Of a stretch of DNA of 64,000 bases, positions 21,915-31,929 are shown one piece after another. How positions within the stretch are numbered: the stretch's first letter is position 1; every line of letters starts with the position of its first letter. This DNA is from Thermodesulfobacteriota bacterium. GTDB lineage: Bacteria; Desulfobacterota_D; UBA1144; Nemesobacterales; Nemesobacteraceae. Below the pieces are notes generated by a model. It was not told where the DNA came from and searched no databases. It worked only from the letters and a program-made list of their open reading frames with translations. Both the position numbers and the translations under genes were made by a program. The stretch lies in the NCBI GenBank assembly GCA_965202785.1, contig OZ241855.1, forward strand, positions 288,001 to 352,000, given 5' to 3'.

Positions 21915-22934
21915 ATGATAGTAGTAATGAAGCAAAAGGCGACCAAGGAAGATATAGACAAGGTCAAATCCGTTATAAAGGAACTTGGTTATTCGCCGCA
22001 TTCAATCGAAGGGATTCTCAGGACTGTCATCGGAGTGGTCGGAGACGAAAGAGGTAAGCCGCATGAACTCGACATCCTCAAACAGCTACAGGGAGTCGAA
22101 AAGGTCGTTCCCGTGCTTCAACCCTACAAGCTGACGAGCAGGGAAGTGAACGACGAAACTTCCGTTTTCAATGTGGAAGGCGTTGCAGTAGGAGACAGGA
22201 ATATCCCCATAATCGCAGGACCGTGCTCGGTTGAAAACGAAGAACAGATAATGACAATTGCGGCTTCCATAAAAGATTCAGGGGCGTCAATGCTCAGAGG
22301 CGGGGCGTTTAAGCCCAGAACTTCCCCCTATTCCTTCCAAGGTCTTGGAAAAGAGGGACTGGAACTTCTCGTGAAGGCAAAAGAAATGACCGGACTGCCC
22401 ATAGTGACCGAAATAATGAGCCCGGACGATCTTGAACTGGTCGAGGAATACGCGGATGTGCTTCAGATCGGAGCGAGAAATTCCCAAAACTACTCGCTTT
22501 TAAGACATGTCGGCAAGTCGAAGAAGGCCGTCTTGCTAAAACGGGGAATGTCGACAACCATAAACGAATTTCTCATGTGCGCAGAATATATACTGTCGGA
22601 GGGCAACAGTAACGTAATGCTCTGCGAACGGGGGATAAGAACCTTTGAGACCGCGACCAGAAACACTTTTGACCTGAACGCTATCCCGGTACTCAAGGAA
22701 AAGACCCACCTGCCTGTTTTCGCCGACCCAAGCCATGGAACCGGCTACTGGCAGTACGTAATTCCAGTAACTTTAGCTTCAATAGCCGCCGGAGCGGACG
22801 GAGTAATAGTCGAGGTTCACAATAACCCGGAGATTGCCGTCAGTGACGGAGCTCAGTCACTTAAACCGAAAACATTCAAAAACCTGATGGAAAAAGCTGC
22901 CCCCGTTGCCGAAGCCATTGGAAGAACCCTTTAG
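21915..22934 (+). CDS. aroF: DAHP synthase, type I-beta with N-terminal regulatory domain
   Basis: [42 protein letters not shown]; SD GGAGG. Confidence 0.95.
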   Translation: MIVVMKQKATKEDIDKVKSVIKELGYSPHSIEGILRTVIGVVGDERGKPHELDILKQLQGVEKVVPVLQPYKLTSREVNDETSVFNVEGVAVGDRNIPIIAGPCSVENEEQIMTIAASIKDSGASMLRGGAFKPRTSPYSFQGLGKEGLELLVKAKEMTGLPIVTEIMSPDDLELVEEYADVLQIGARNSQNYSLLRHVGKSKKAVLLKRGMSTTINEFLMCAEYILSEGNSNVMLCERGIRTFETATRNTFDLNAIPVLKEKTHLPVFADPSHGTGYWQYVIPVTLASIAAGADGVIVEVHNNPEIAVSDGAQSLKPKTFKNLMEKAAPVAEAIGRTL

Positions 22935-22948
22935 AGATTTCTCGGACC

Positions 22949-23551
22949 TCAGTAGGAAATCAGGACTTTTCTTCCACTGATAGTCAGTTTTCCCTCGCAG
23001 AAAAGCCTTATTGCTTCGGGCAGTATCCTGTGTTCCTCAGTATGGACTTTTTCAAGCAGAGTCTCTTCTGTATCTTCCTCCGTAACCGGAACAACGGCCT
23101 GAAGAATAATGGGGCCCGCGTCAACTTCCTCTCTCACAAAATGGACAGTACAACCCGTCTGTTTCACTCCGTAGTCAAGTGCCTGTCTTACTGAATTTGT
23201 TCCCGGAAAAGAAGGGAGCAAGGAAGGATGAATATTGATGATACGGTCCGCGAAACGGCCTATGAAATAAGGAGTAAGTATCCTCATGAAACCGGCAAGT
23301 ACGACAAGGCCTATTTCATATCTGTCGATTTTCGCGACTATCTGTCTTTCGAACTCTTCCTTTGATTCAAAATTCCTGCTGTTTACGAGTTCGACGGGAA
23401 TGCCGTGTTCTCTAGCCCTCTCAATCGCCATGACTCCAGGGGTATCACAGACAACCACGGCTATGTTTGCGGATTCTATGCCGGAATCTATCACCGCCTG
23501 AAGATTTGTTCCGCTTCCGGAAACAAACACGGCAACGTTGGTCTTTGACAT
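22949..23551 (-). CDS. purN: Phosphoribosylglycinamide formyltransferase
   Basis: SGSGTNLQA, LAGFMRIL, NIHPSLLP, DAGPII. Confidence 0.96.
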   Translation of the reverse strand: MSKTNVAVFVSGSGTNLQAVIDSGIESANIAVVVCDTPGVMAIERAREHGIPVELVNSRNFESKEEFERQIVAKIDRYEIGLVVLAGFMRILTPYFIGRFADRIINIHPSLLPSFPGTNSVRQALDYGVKQTGCTVHFVREEVDAGPIILQAVVPVTEEDTEETLLEKVHTEEHRILPEAIRLFCEGKLTISGRKVLISY

Positions 23552-23592
23552 CGCAGGCACCGGAAACTTGAGAAAGCAAGGAAAGAAAGAAA

Positions 23593-23707
23593 AGGGCAGC
23601 CACCTACTTTCCCACTCCTGAAAGGAGCAGTATCATCGGCCTATAAGGACTTAACTTCCGGGTTCGGGATGGGACCGGGTGCTTCCCCTTCAGCATAGCC
23701 ACCCTAG
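23593..23707 (-). rRNA. rrf: 5S ribosomal RNA (stand-alone)
   Basis: Minus strand CTAGGGTGGC...CACCCGGTCCCATCCCGAACCCGGAAGTTAAG...GCCGATGATACT...GGGAAAGTAGGTGGCTGCCCT has the conserved CCGAAC and AGTAGG elements and pairing ends; ends approximate. Confidence 0.95.
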
Positions 23708-23714
23708 ACGGGAA

Positions 23715-23742
23715 AAACTATCACTAAAAAAAATAATGTCAA
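23715..23742 (-). promoter_or_regulatory. sigma70-type promoter for the 5S rRNA gene
   Basis: TTGACA-16nt-TAGTTT with extended TGn, ending about 7 nt before the 5S 5' end. Confidence 0.65.
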
Positions 23743-23751
23743 GCTAGAATG

Positions 23752-25236
23752 TCAGTCAGTATTAAAACCCCGTATTGGAAGAGCTCTTCCGAACCTTTTG
23801 AGCTTCTTAATGGCCTTTACCTCGATCTGTCTTATTCTCTCGCGGGTAACGTTCAATTTTTTTCCTATTTCTTCAAGGGTGTATTCCTTGTCCTCATCTA
23901 TACCAAAACGCATTTTAACGACTCCTTCCTCCCCGTTACTGAGGTTGGAGCAGAGTGCGTTGCGCATGATCCGGTTTAATTCTTTGGTTTCGAGCATGTC
24001 AAGCGGAGAAGTGGAAGCCGGGTCCGAGATAATATCCATCAGCCTGCAGTCGTCCTCGCCAATCGGGGATTCCAGAGAAATCGGGTCACGTGACACCTTC
24101 ATAATCTTCAAGACCTTATCAAGAGGTATGTCCATTGCCTCGGCTATCTCTTCCGGTCTGGGTTCCCTCCCTAATTTCTGCATCAGGGATCTCGAGATCT
24201 TGTTTAGCCTGTTTATATTTTCGGTCATGTGAACGGGAATTCTTATAAGACTTCCCTGGTCGGCTATTGCGCGCGTAATTGCCTGCTTTATCCACCATGT
24301 GGCGCAGGTTGAAAATTTGTATCCCATTCCATGTTCGAACTTTTCAACCGCTTTCATCAGCCCCATATTGCCTTCTTGAACCAAATCGAGAAACGGCAAC
24401 CCTCTGTTAACGTATTTTCTCGCTATACTAACTACAAGTCTAAGGTTGCACTCGATAAGTGTTTTCCTAGCTTTCTTAGTAGCCTTCTTTGCTTTTTCAA
24501 ACCTTCTAAGCACCTTTTTAAGAGAAGCGATTTCCTCCTCGGAATATTCAGATTTCGAACCATTGCCAATCGCATCGTCTGAACCATCCATCATGCAGTC
24601 ACAACTCTCGCCCTCAACCCTGTCCACATATTCGACGGCCAGATTGTATATCCTGTTGGCCTGCGTAGAGGAGAAATCGATTTCGTCAAGAAGTTCTACG
24701 GTCCGTTCGTTGTTCTTTCTGATTTGCTTAGAGATCTTCGCTCTTTCGCTATCTGAAAGAGTTGGAGTATCGAGTTTCTTTCTCAGTTCTTCGGTCTCAG
24801 CAAAAAGTTCTCTTATCGGAAGAAAGTTCTTTGCGGAATTTTTATATGTTTCGCCGTCAGCGGAGGATTCTATGTCCTCGCCTTGATAGCCCGCACCGAG
24901 CGCCCCTTCTTTTATCTCTTCTTCGAGCTTGAGAACCTTTTTCATCATGAAGGGGTTCTCTATTATCATTCTCGCGATTATTTTTTTGCCTTTTTCAATC
25001 TGTCTTGCTATCTCAACCTCTTCCTCCTTGGAAAGGAGGGAGTGCTGCGCAATAGCGAGAATGTACGATCTTATAGGGTCTTGATCGGAATCGTTGCTCT
25101 TTACGTGTTTGAGCCTGTCTTCCGCTCGAGAATCAGACGGGGTATTTTGGAAACCCTGTACGGACTCAGAGAATTCCCCTTCGTTCTGTCCGTCAATTTC
25201 GTTTCCCAACCCGTTAGTCTCGTCGTTTGGATTCAA
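23752..25236 (-). CDS. rpoD: RpoD-type sigma70 factor, divergent
   Basis: NLRLVVSIARKY, QEGNMGLMKAVEKF, ATWWIKQAITRAIADQ, VTRERIRQIE; located in rpsU-dnaG-rpoD operon. Confidence 0.85.
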   Translation of the reverse strand: MNPNDETNGLGNEIDGQNEGEFSESVQGFQNTPSDSRAEDRLKHVKSNDSDQDPIRSYILAIAQHSLLSKEEEVEIARQIEKGKKIIARMIIENPFMMKKVLKLEEEIKEGALGAGYQGEDIESSADGETYKNSAKNFLPIRELFAETEELRKKLDTPTLSDSERAKISKQIRKNNERTVELLDEIDFSSTQANRIYNLAVEYVDRVEGESCDCMMDGSDDAIGNGSKSEYSEEEIASLKKVLRRFEKAKKATKKARKTLIECNLRLVVSIARKYVNRGLPFLDLVQEGNMGLMKAVEKFEHGMGYKFSTCATWWIKQAITRAIADQGSLIRIPVHMTENINRLNKISRSLMQKLGREPRPEEIAEAMDIPLDKVLKIMKVSRDPISLESPIGEDDCRLMDIISDPASTSPLDMLETKELNRIMRNALCSNLSNGEEGVVKMRFGIDEDKEYTLEEIGKKLNVTRERIRQIEVKAIKKLKRFGRALPIRGFNTD

Positions 25237-27026
25237 CTTGCAGTTCCTCTTCTGGTCTTTTCCATACTCACCAGATCCCTGTATTGCTCAACAAGCTTTC
25301 TTTCAAGGGTTTTATCCGAAGAATCACGCTGCTTGCGGATTCTCTCTATTACTTGATTACGCTTAAATGCTATATCTCTCAGTTCAAGCTCCTTCACGCA
25401 ATCATTTAATATTTTCTCCGAAGTCGTCTCGTCTATCAAATCATCCGAAGAAAAAATTAACTCGCTCAGCAGTTGCTGCATCTCGATTTTCTCAAAAGAA
25501 CTCATCAGGGAGGAAACTTCAGTAAACTCCCCTTCACCCACACGTTTGAGAATAACCTTTAAATCGCCATTTTCAAAATCCCTGCTGATATTTTCAATCT
25601 TCTCGGCGCTCATCAGGTGGGGGAATTTAAGCAGTATCCTCACAATTTCTCTCTCATGAATGTTTTTTTCCGGAATCAAGGCCGCCGGCGCAAGCGACCC
25701 GCGGTTTCTCCCCGGATTCGGGGTTTTTACCAGAGAGAGAAACTCAGACTCTCTTATCCCAAAAAGCCCTGTTGCCTTGGAAACAGCTTCAGCACTTCGG
25801 ACCGGGTCTTTTATTTTTGAAACCAAGCCCACAAGCAATTTTATCGACTCTCCGGAAGATACTTTCTTTTCCCTGTACCTTGCGAAAGTATCGTCAATAA
25901 TAAAATCTGAGACATCAACGGCGGCCGCGATCAGTTCGGCGAGACTCTCAGGTCCGTGTTCCTCCAGATAATCATCGGGGTCGAGGCCATCGGGAATACG
26001 GCAAATACTTGAAGAAATCCCTTGCTCAAGAAGAAGCTCTCCGGCCCGAACGGCGGAACGTATCCCAGCGGTATCACCGTCGTAGACAATCACCACCTCC
26101 TCACAGAAACGCCGCAGAAATCTAGCATGCTCATTCGTAAAGGCCGTTCCCAAGGTAGCAACCACATTGCGTATTCCATTTGCGTAGAGCTTTATGAAGT
26201 CCATGTAGCCTTCAACCAAGACGGCTTTCCGTTTTCTTCCGATTTCATTTTTCGAGTGATAAAGTCCGTAAAGAACGCTCTTTTTGTCGAAAACAGGAGA
26301 TTCAGGGGAATTCATGTATTTCGGCTGTTTGGATTCGTCTTCGCTCAGAGTTCTGCCGCCAAAACCGCAAATTCGTCCTGTTATCTCGTTTATGGGAAAA
26401 ATAATCCTGTTTCGAAACCGATCGTAGTGCCCGCTCCCGCTCTCTCTCGCAACGACAAGACCAAGCTCTTCGAGTTCCTTGACACCGATATTGTTTTTTG
26501 AAGCGAATTTCACGGCGGCATCCCAGCTGTCGGGTGCAAAGCCGAGCTTGAATTCCTCGATTATCTCCGAGCTGATTCCCCTCGATTCTAGGTATTCTTT
26601 AGCCCATGCGGAGTTTTTTCCTGAACTGTGGAGGTTCCTGCTGTAAAACGAACAGACAAGAGAATTTATCTCAAAAAACCTCGCCGAAGCGGCCTTTTTT
26701 TTCTTCTCACTTTTGGTGGGCGGACGCGAGGCCGGAAGCCTGACTCCGGCTTTCTTGGCAAGTTCTTTTAAGGCGTCGGGGAAACCTATATTACTGTATC
26801 TCATCAGGAAGCCGAATACATCTCCTCCGGCTCCGCAACTGAAGCAATGGAAAAAACCCTTCTCATCATTTACATGCATGGAAGGGTTGTTGTCGTCGTG
26901 GAACGGGCAGAGCCCGATATAGTTTTTTCCAGATTTTTTAAGGGAGACAAAGCCCTGTATGACATCTACTATGCTGAGCTTTGCTTTTATATCCGCTATC
27001 GCTGATGTGGAAGAATATTTCTTCAT
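25233..27026 (-). CDS. dnaG: DNA primase
   Basis: CPFHDDNNPS, HCFSCG zinc finger, KYMNSPES, VEGYMD, YDGDTAG, DPDD. Confidence 0.97.
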   Translation of the reverse strand: MKKYSSTSAIADIKAKLSIVDVIQGFVSLKKSGKNYIGLCPFHDDNNPSMHVNDEKGFFHCFSCGAGGDVFGFLMRYSNIGFPDALKELAKKAGVRLPASRPPTKSEKKKKAASARFFEINSLVCSFYSRNLHSSGKNSAWAKEYLESRGISSEIIEEFKLGFAPDSWDAAVKFASKNNIGVKELEELGLVVARESGSGHYDRFRNRIIFPINEITGRICGFGGRTLSEDESKQPKYMNSPESPVFDKKSVLYGLYHSKNEIGRKRKAVLVEGYMDFIKLYANGIRNVVATLGTAFTNEHARFLRRFCEEVVIVYDGDTAGIRSAVRAGELLLEQGISSSICRIPDGLDPDDYLEEHGPESLAELIAAAVDVSDFIIDDTFARYREKKVSSGESIKLLVGLVSKIKDPVRSAEAVSKATGLFGIRESEFLSLVKTPNPGRNRGSLAPAALIPEKNIHEREIVRILLKFPHLMSAEKIENISRDFENGDLKVILKRVGEGEFTEVSSLMSSFEKIEMQQLLSELIFSSDDLIDETTSEKILNDCVKELELRDIAFKRNQVIERIRKQRDSSDKTLERKLVEQYRDLVSMEKTRRGTAS

Positions 27027-27094
27027 TCAAAGCGACTTAATCGGTGGGGCCTTCAGAAATAACTTCCGGTGAAAACCGCGCAAATTGAGACGGT

Positions 27095-27283
27095 TTATCT
27101 TCTCTTCCTGCTTGAACTGCGCTTTTTGGCGGCAAACAGCTTCTTTTTTTTCTTTTCGCTCGGTTTTTCGTAGTATTCTCTCTTCCTTACTTCAGAGAGA
27201 ACCCCACCCTTCTCAACCTGTTTCTTAAACCTTTTTAAAGCGCTGTCAATACTTTCGCTGCTACCTACTGTTATTCCTGGCAA
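27095..27283 (-). CDS. rpsU: 30S ribosomal protein S21
   Basis: [33 protein letters not shown]; TTG start with SD GGAGG. Confidence 0.95.
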   Translation of the reverse strand: MPGITVGSSESIDSALKRFKKQVEKGGVLSEVRKREYYEKPSEKKKKKLFAAKKRSSSRKRR

Positions 27284-27316
27284 AAAATCAAAACCTCCAT
27301 CCTCATGGGGCTGAAA

Positions 27317-27345
27317 ATCCTAAAGGATAAAAAAAACGTTGTCAA
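27317..27345 (-). promoter_or_regulatory. sigma70-type promoter of rpsU-dnaG-rpoD
   Basis: TTGACA-17nt-TAGGAT. Confidence 0.6.
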
Positions 27346-27374
27346 ATCACCCGCCGACCGCTCTCTCCCGCCGA

Positions 27375-27563
27375 CTATTTCGATTGTTCTTCCAGAAGCG
27401 GGAATTTCCCAACCTTCTCCTGGTTCTTTTTTATCTCTTCTTCGATTTTGCGGGCGTTTCCTTTCTCGAATTCATGGTCGTAGGGCTCCTGGAAAGCTCT
27501 CTGCTCTTCTAATCTCCGGCTCCAGGAATCCCGCCTGTTTCTGATTTCATCCACAAGTCCCAT
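27375..27563 (-). CDS. Small charged hypothetical protein
   Basis: 62 aa, ATG with SD-like AAAGGGGA, fills the intergenic gap on the same strand as its neighbours. Confidence 0.5.
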   Translation of the reverse strand: MGLVDEIRNRRDSWSRRLEEQRAFQEPYDHEFEKGNARKIEEEIKKNQEKVGKFPLLEEQSK

Positions 27564-27599
27564 GACAATCCCCTTTAAGGTGATTTCTCCGCAACCGTT

Positions 27600-28508
27600 T
27601 CAGTTCAAAGCGACTGCCGATATTTTCATAAATTCAACCTTTTTCTCAATCTTAGGCATATACTCCCCAAGAGCGTCTATCGTCTGCGGGTAAGGATGGC
27701 CTATACCTACCGCTATACCGTTTTTCTCAGCGATCCTTACCAAGCGGTCAAGCTGCTCTATAGTATATTCCTTGCCCCGACCACTCTGGTCAATAAAAAC
27801 ATCCCTTTTAAGCGTCTTTACTCCAAGCCGCCTCGCTACGCTGTATCCACGGGAGTTGGGAGTCGTAAGGCTGTCAACAAAGTAAAGATCCCTAGCCTTC
27901 AGTTCCCGCATTACCATTCTTACCGGCTCTTCATTCTCCATGAACTTAGAGCCCATATGGTTGTTGACTCCGACTATGTTGGGGACGGCCATGATGTTTC
28001 TTCTGAGCTCCTCCCTCATCTGGTCTATCGAGAAGCCGAGCAGCAAAACTCCTTCTCCAGCGTCATCGGCCGTATAGCCGGAGGAATACTTGGGTTCCAT
28101 GGGAAGGTGGAGAATCACGTCCTTTCCCCCGCGGTAAGCAGAACGCGCAGCGTACAGGGAATGGGGAAGATGCGGAAGCACGGCTAAGTTAAGGGGCTGC
28201 TTGATCCTGAGAAGCCTATCAACCGATTCTCTGTCCTGGCCCAGATCATCTATTATGAGGACAACTGCTGGACGCCGGGGCTTTTTCTCCGCAACCTTGT
28301 CCGCCGCAGTAGGTGTAGCCTCCCGGGGTGACCATCCGTCAAAAAATCTTTCGATATGCTTGAGGCCGAAAATCGAAAAGGCAAAAAAGAAAATTAGGAC
28401 CAGGACTGCGTGGGTAAGTCTCGTCGTGCGTTTTTTATCGCCGGTTTTTGCCGTAGACTGTCTTTTTCTCGTTCGCTTCTTCTTCTGACTCAAGCTCTTA
28501 TTCCTCAC
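27600..28508 (-). CDS. Divergent polysaccharide deacetylase (YibQ/DUF610)
   Basis: IIDDLG, LHLPMEP, GVNNHMGS, FVDSLT, GIGHP. Confidence 0.92.
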   Translation of the reverse strand: MRNKSLSQKKKRTRKRQSTAKTGDKKRTTRLTHAVLVLIFFFAFSIFGLKHIERFFDGWSPREATPTAADKVAEKKPRRPAVVLIIDDLGQDRESVDRLLRIKQPLNLAVLPHLPHSLYAARSAYRGGKDVILHLPMEPKYSSGYTADDAGEGVLLLGFSIDQMREELRRNIMAVPNIVGVNNHMGSKFMENEEPVRMVMRELKARDLYFVDSLTTPNSRGYSVARRLGVKTLKRDVFIDQSGRGKEYTIEQLDRLVRIAEKNGIAVGIGHPYPQTIDALGEYMPKIEKKVEFMKISAVALN

Positions 28509-29644
28509 ATGTGCTTTACAGTTTCCAACGCCCTTGCAAGCTGCGGGTCCGATGGGACATCCTTGTCGCTACCTTCAACCAAAATATCAGGTTCTATACC
28601 CTTGTCATCTATCAGAATCCCCTTGGGGGTAAAAAGCCTCGCCGTGGTTATCTTTACTCCCGTTTCCCCCGAAAGTTCTATTACTGACTGAACTGAACCC
28701 TTGCCGAATGTTCTCGTACCGACTATCTTCGCCCTGCCGCTGTCTTTAAGTGCTCCGGCAAGAACTTCGGAAGCACTCGCACTCCCCCGGTTCACGATTA
28801 CGGCAACGTGATTGGTCGGTATATCCATTCCCTCCCTAGCGAAATATTCCTTCGAAGTCACTTTGGACCTTCCCTTCACGTTCAGGATAAGCCCTTTATC
28901 CATGAACATGTCACTAAGCGCAAGCGCCTGTTCAAGCAATCCTCCAGGGTTGTTTCTGAGGTCAAGCACAAGTCCTCCGAGCTTCGCACCGTTTTCCTTT
29001 TCAAGCCCCCTGTAGGAACTGAGAAACTCATCAGCAGAATGCCTGTGGAACTGCGAGAGCTTTATATAACCTATATCCTTTTCGATCAACCTAGACTCGA
29101 CACTTCTAAGTTTCACTATTCGTCTTGTGACGGTGAACTTATGGGTTTCCTCGGTTCCGTCTCTTCTGACAACGATATCAACTTCAGTTCCTTCTCTACC
29201 CCTTATGCGGTCCAGAGCATCAACTATGTTGGTCTTCTCGGTGCTTTCTCCATCTATGGAGACGATCACGTCTCCCGATCTCATGCCGGCTTCCTGCGCA
29301 GGACTTCCTTCAATCGGAGATATAACGGTCAAAAACCCGTCGCGCACCGTAATCTCGACTCCTATGCCCTCAAACTCCCCCATAGTTCCTATCTCAAGGT
29401 TTCTCAAGCTCTCGGATGAAAGGTAAACCGAGTAGGGATCAAGAGAATCGAACATGCCTTTTATGGCACTTTGGGTCAGCTGCTCGGAGGAAACTTCTTC
29501 CACATAATTTTCCTCTATAAGGTTCAGGGCCTTCGCGAAGTCGGAAAGGCCTCTGTATGTATCTTCTTTTGCGAGAAGCGGGGTTGAAAAAAGAGAAGCC
29601 GGAATTAACGCGTATACTATGAAGAAAAAGCGGAACTTTGTCAT
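28505..29644 (-). CDS. ctpA: S41 carboxyl-terminal processing protease
   Basis: LDPYS, PDZ GIGV, LDLRNNPGGLL, SASASE, TFGKGSVQ. Confidence 0.92.
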   Translation of the reverse strand: MTKFRFFFIVYALIPASLFSTPLLAKEDTYRGLSDFAKALNLIEENYVEEVSSEQLTQSAIKGMFDSLDPYSVYLSSESLRNLEIGTMGEFEGIGVEITVRDGFLTVISPIEGSPAQEAGMRSGDVIVSIDGESTEKTNIVDALDRIRGREGTEVDIVVRRDGTEETHKFTVTRRIVKLRSVESRLIEKDIGYIKLSQFHRHSADEFLSSYRGLEKENGAKLGGLVLDLRNNPGGLLEQALALSDMFMDKGLILNVKGRSKVTSKEYFAREGMDIPTNHVAVIVNRGSASASEVLAGALKDSGRAKIVGTRTFGKGSVQSVIELSGETGVKITTARLFTPKGILIDDKGIEPDILVEGSDKDVPSDPQLARALETVKHM

Positions 29645-29770
29645 TGCGACCTACGTTTCCTGTAGTCTACCTGAAAGGAAATTTTTTTGGACTGAGCAAG
29701 TAAAGCAAGGTTTTCGCCCTTGATGAAAAAAGGGGAATAAGATAGGTTTACGGTAGATCGGTTCACTTAT

Positions 29771-29989
29771 ATGTCAACACTTTTTACTGGAATAATATCA
29801 GGATTTGTCAAAAGCTGCGTTTCCGACCTTCCCGAAGCATCCCGGGAGTGGGTTCCGCTGAAAAGAGCCCTTTTCTACCTGGGGGCACTTCTCATATACC
29901 CGGTCGCCCTGATCGTGGCCATGGTGGTAATTGCTACGGTCGTTCTGATCGCATATCCCGTTTCTTACATCTATCGGGCGGCGAGCTGA
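29771..29989 (+). CDS. Small hydrophobic membrane protein
   Basis: 72 aa with long hydrophobic C-terminal half; TTGATG-17-TAGGTT upstream; heads the uppS operon. Confidence 0.5.
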   Translation: MSTLFTGIISGFVKSCVSDLPEASREWVPLKRALFYLGALLIYPVALIVAMVVIATVVLIAYPVSYIYRAAS

Positions 29990-30029
29990 AACGACGGTTA
30001 TCAGCGAAACTCTCAAACAGTGGCTCGTA

Positions 30030-30770
30030 ATGCAGAAAAACCATAACATTCCCACACCGGGTCCTATCCCCAGACACGTTGTCATAATAATGGACGGCAA
30101 CGGAAGATGGGCGAGGCGAAAGAATCTCGACAGGCTGATCGGTCACAGGGAAGGAATAAAATCGGCGAGATCGGTGGTCCGTGCCGCGCGGGAGATCGGG
30201 ATAGAATATTTAACCCTTTACGCGTTTTCCGCCCAGAACTGGAATAGACCGGGGGAAGAGGTTCTCGCCCTTATGGACCTTTTAAGGGAGTACCTCTCAA
30301 ATGAAGGCGAGAAGCTGCTTGCGCGCAACACCAGGCTAAACGCAATCGGGAATCTCTCGAACCTTCCCCAAGACGTACGTGAACTTCTCGGGCGAGTGAT
30401 GAAAATGACCGAGAAATGCGACTCCCTGACGATAACCCTGGCTCTTAGCTACGGGGGCAGGGAAGAGATAATCAACGCCGTGAACAGCATAATCGAGGAG
30501 GGAAAGAAAAAACCGGTTTCCGAGAAGGATTTTCAGGGATATCTCTATACCTCCGGCCTGCCTGAACCGGATCTGCTCATAAGAACCGGGGGAGAAATGA
30601 GACTTTCGAACTTTCTGCTGTGGCAACTGGCCTATGCCGAAATATACGTCACGAAGACACTCTGGCCGAATTTCAGAAGAAGGCATCTGCTAAAGGCCAT
30701 CGCCAATTACCGCAACAGGGAAAGAAGGTTCGGACTGACAGGAGAGCAGATACGGGAGAAAGGGCGCTAG
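30030..30770 (+). CDS. uppS: Undecaprenyl diphosphate synthase
   Basis: HVVIIMDGNGRWA, YAFSAQNWNRP, DLLIRTGGEMRLSNFLLWQ, RRFG. Confidence 0.97.
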   Translation: MQKNHNIPTPGPIPRHVVIIMDGNGRWARRKNLDRLIGHREGIKSARSVVRAAREIGIEYLTLYAFSAQNWNRPGEEVLALMDLLREYLSNEGEKLLARNTRLNAIGNLSNLPQDVRELLGRVMKMTEKCDSLTITLALSYGGREEIINAVNSIIEEGKKKPVSEKDFQGYLYTSGLPEPDLLIRTGGEMRLSNFLLWQLAYAEIYVTKTLWPNFRRRHLLKAIANYRNRERRFGLTGEQIREKGR

Positions 30771-30771
30771 A

Positions 30772-31929
30772 TTGAAAAAGATCTCTATACTCGGATCAAC
30801 CGGCTCGATCGGATCGCAGACCCTTGAGATAGTACGAAGATTTCCCGAGAGGTTCGAGGTAACGGGCCTTTGTGCGGGAAAAAACATTGATCTTCTTGCA
30901 GAACAGATAACGGAATTCGCCCCGAAGATCGTATCGGTTACCCGAAAAGAGGACTCGGAACGACTCAGGGAAATCGCCGGTCCGAAAACACAGATACACT
31001 ACGGAGACAAGGGAAATATCGCAGTTGCTACGGAAGGCGATTGCGATCTGGTTATATCCTCCATGGTAGGTTTCCCGGGGCTTCTGCCTACATTGTCCGC
31101 AATACGGGCCGGAAGAAACGTTGGGATAGCAAACAAAGAATCTCTTGTGGTCGCAGGAGGACTTCTTATTTCCGAGGCAAAAAATCAGGACGTTACCCTC
31201 CTCCCCGTGGACAGCGAGCATAGCGCCGTTTTCCAGACGCTTCTTGAAAAGGACCGCGAATTCCTTAAACGGATCATTATAACGGCATCGGGCGGGCCGT
31301 TTCGCAAGACCCCGAAAAAGGACCTGGAAAAGGTTACGGTCGCCGACGCGCTCTGCCACCCAACATGGAAAATGGGAGAGAAAATAACCATAGATTCGGC
31401 GACGCTGATGAACAAAGGGTTTGAAATCATAGAGGCGAGGTGGTTTTTTGACATGCCTGCCGAAAAAATATCAATCTGGGTACATCCCCAGAGCATCGTG
31501 CATTCAATCCTTGAATATGTTGACGGCTCGTTCATAACCCATCTTTCCGCCTCTGACATGAAAATACCGATAGCCCAAGCACTCTCCTATCCCGAGAGAC
31601 TCGATCTCGGGCGCCCCGACGCCTCGCCGGACGATCTCTCGGACATCACGTTCGAGAAGCTAGACACAGATAAATTTGAGGCCCCCGCGATTGCAATTGA
31701 ATGTCTCAGAATGGGCGGCACTTATCCAACTGTGCTAAACGCCGCGAACGAAGTGGCAGTAACAGCGTTTCTTGACGAGAAAATAAAATTCACCGATATA
31801 ATCCCAATAGTCAGGGAAACTCTCGAGCGTCACGACAAACTTGACTCGGGATATCTTGACAATATATTAGAGGCGGACAGGTGGTCTAGGAGCGCCGCCG
31901 GTTCTATAATGGAGAACCTTCTTTCTTAG
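30772..31929 (+). CDS. dxr: 1-deoxy-D-xylulose-5-phosphate reductoisomerase
   Basis: ILGSTGSIG, ANKESLV, PVDSEH, TASGGPF, DSATLMNKGFE. Confidence 0.98.
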   Translation: MKKISILGSTGSIGSQTLEIVRRFPERFEVTGLCAGKNIDLLAEQITEFAPKIVSVTRKEDSERLREIAGPKTQIHYGDKGNIAVATEGDCDLVISSMVGFPGLLPTLSAIRAGRNVGIANKESLVVAGGLLISEAKNQDVTLLPVDSEHSAVFQTLLEKDREFLKRIIITASGGPFRKTPKKDLEKVTVADALCHPTWKMGEKITIDSATLMNKGFEIIEARWFFDMPAEKISIWVHPQSIVHSILEYVDGSFITHLSASDMKIPIAQALSYPERLDLGRPDASPDDLSDITFEKLDTDKFEAPAIAIECLRMGGTYPTVLNAANEVAVTAFLDEKIKFTDIIPIVRETLERHDKLDSGYLDNILEADRWSRSAAGSIMENLLS

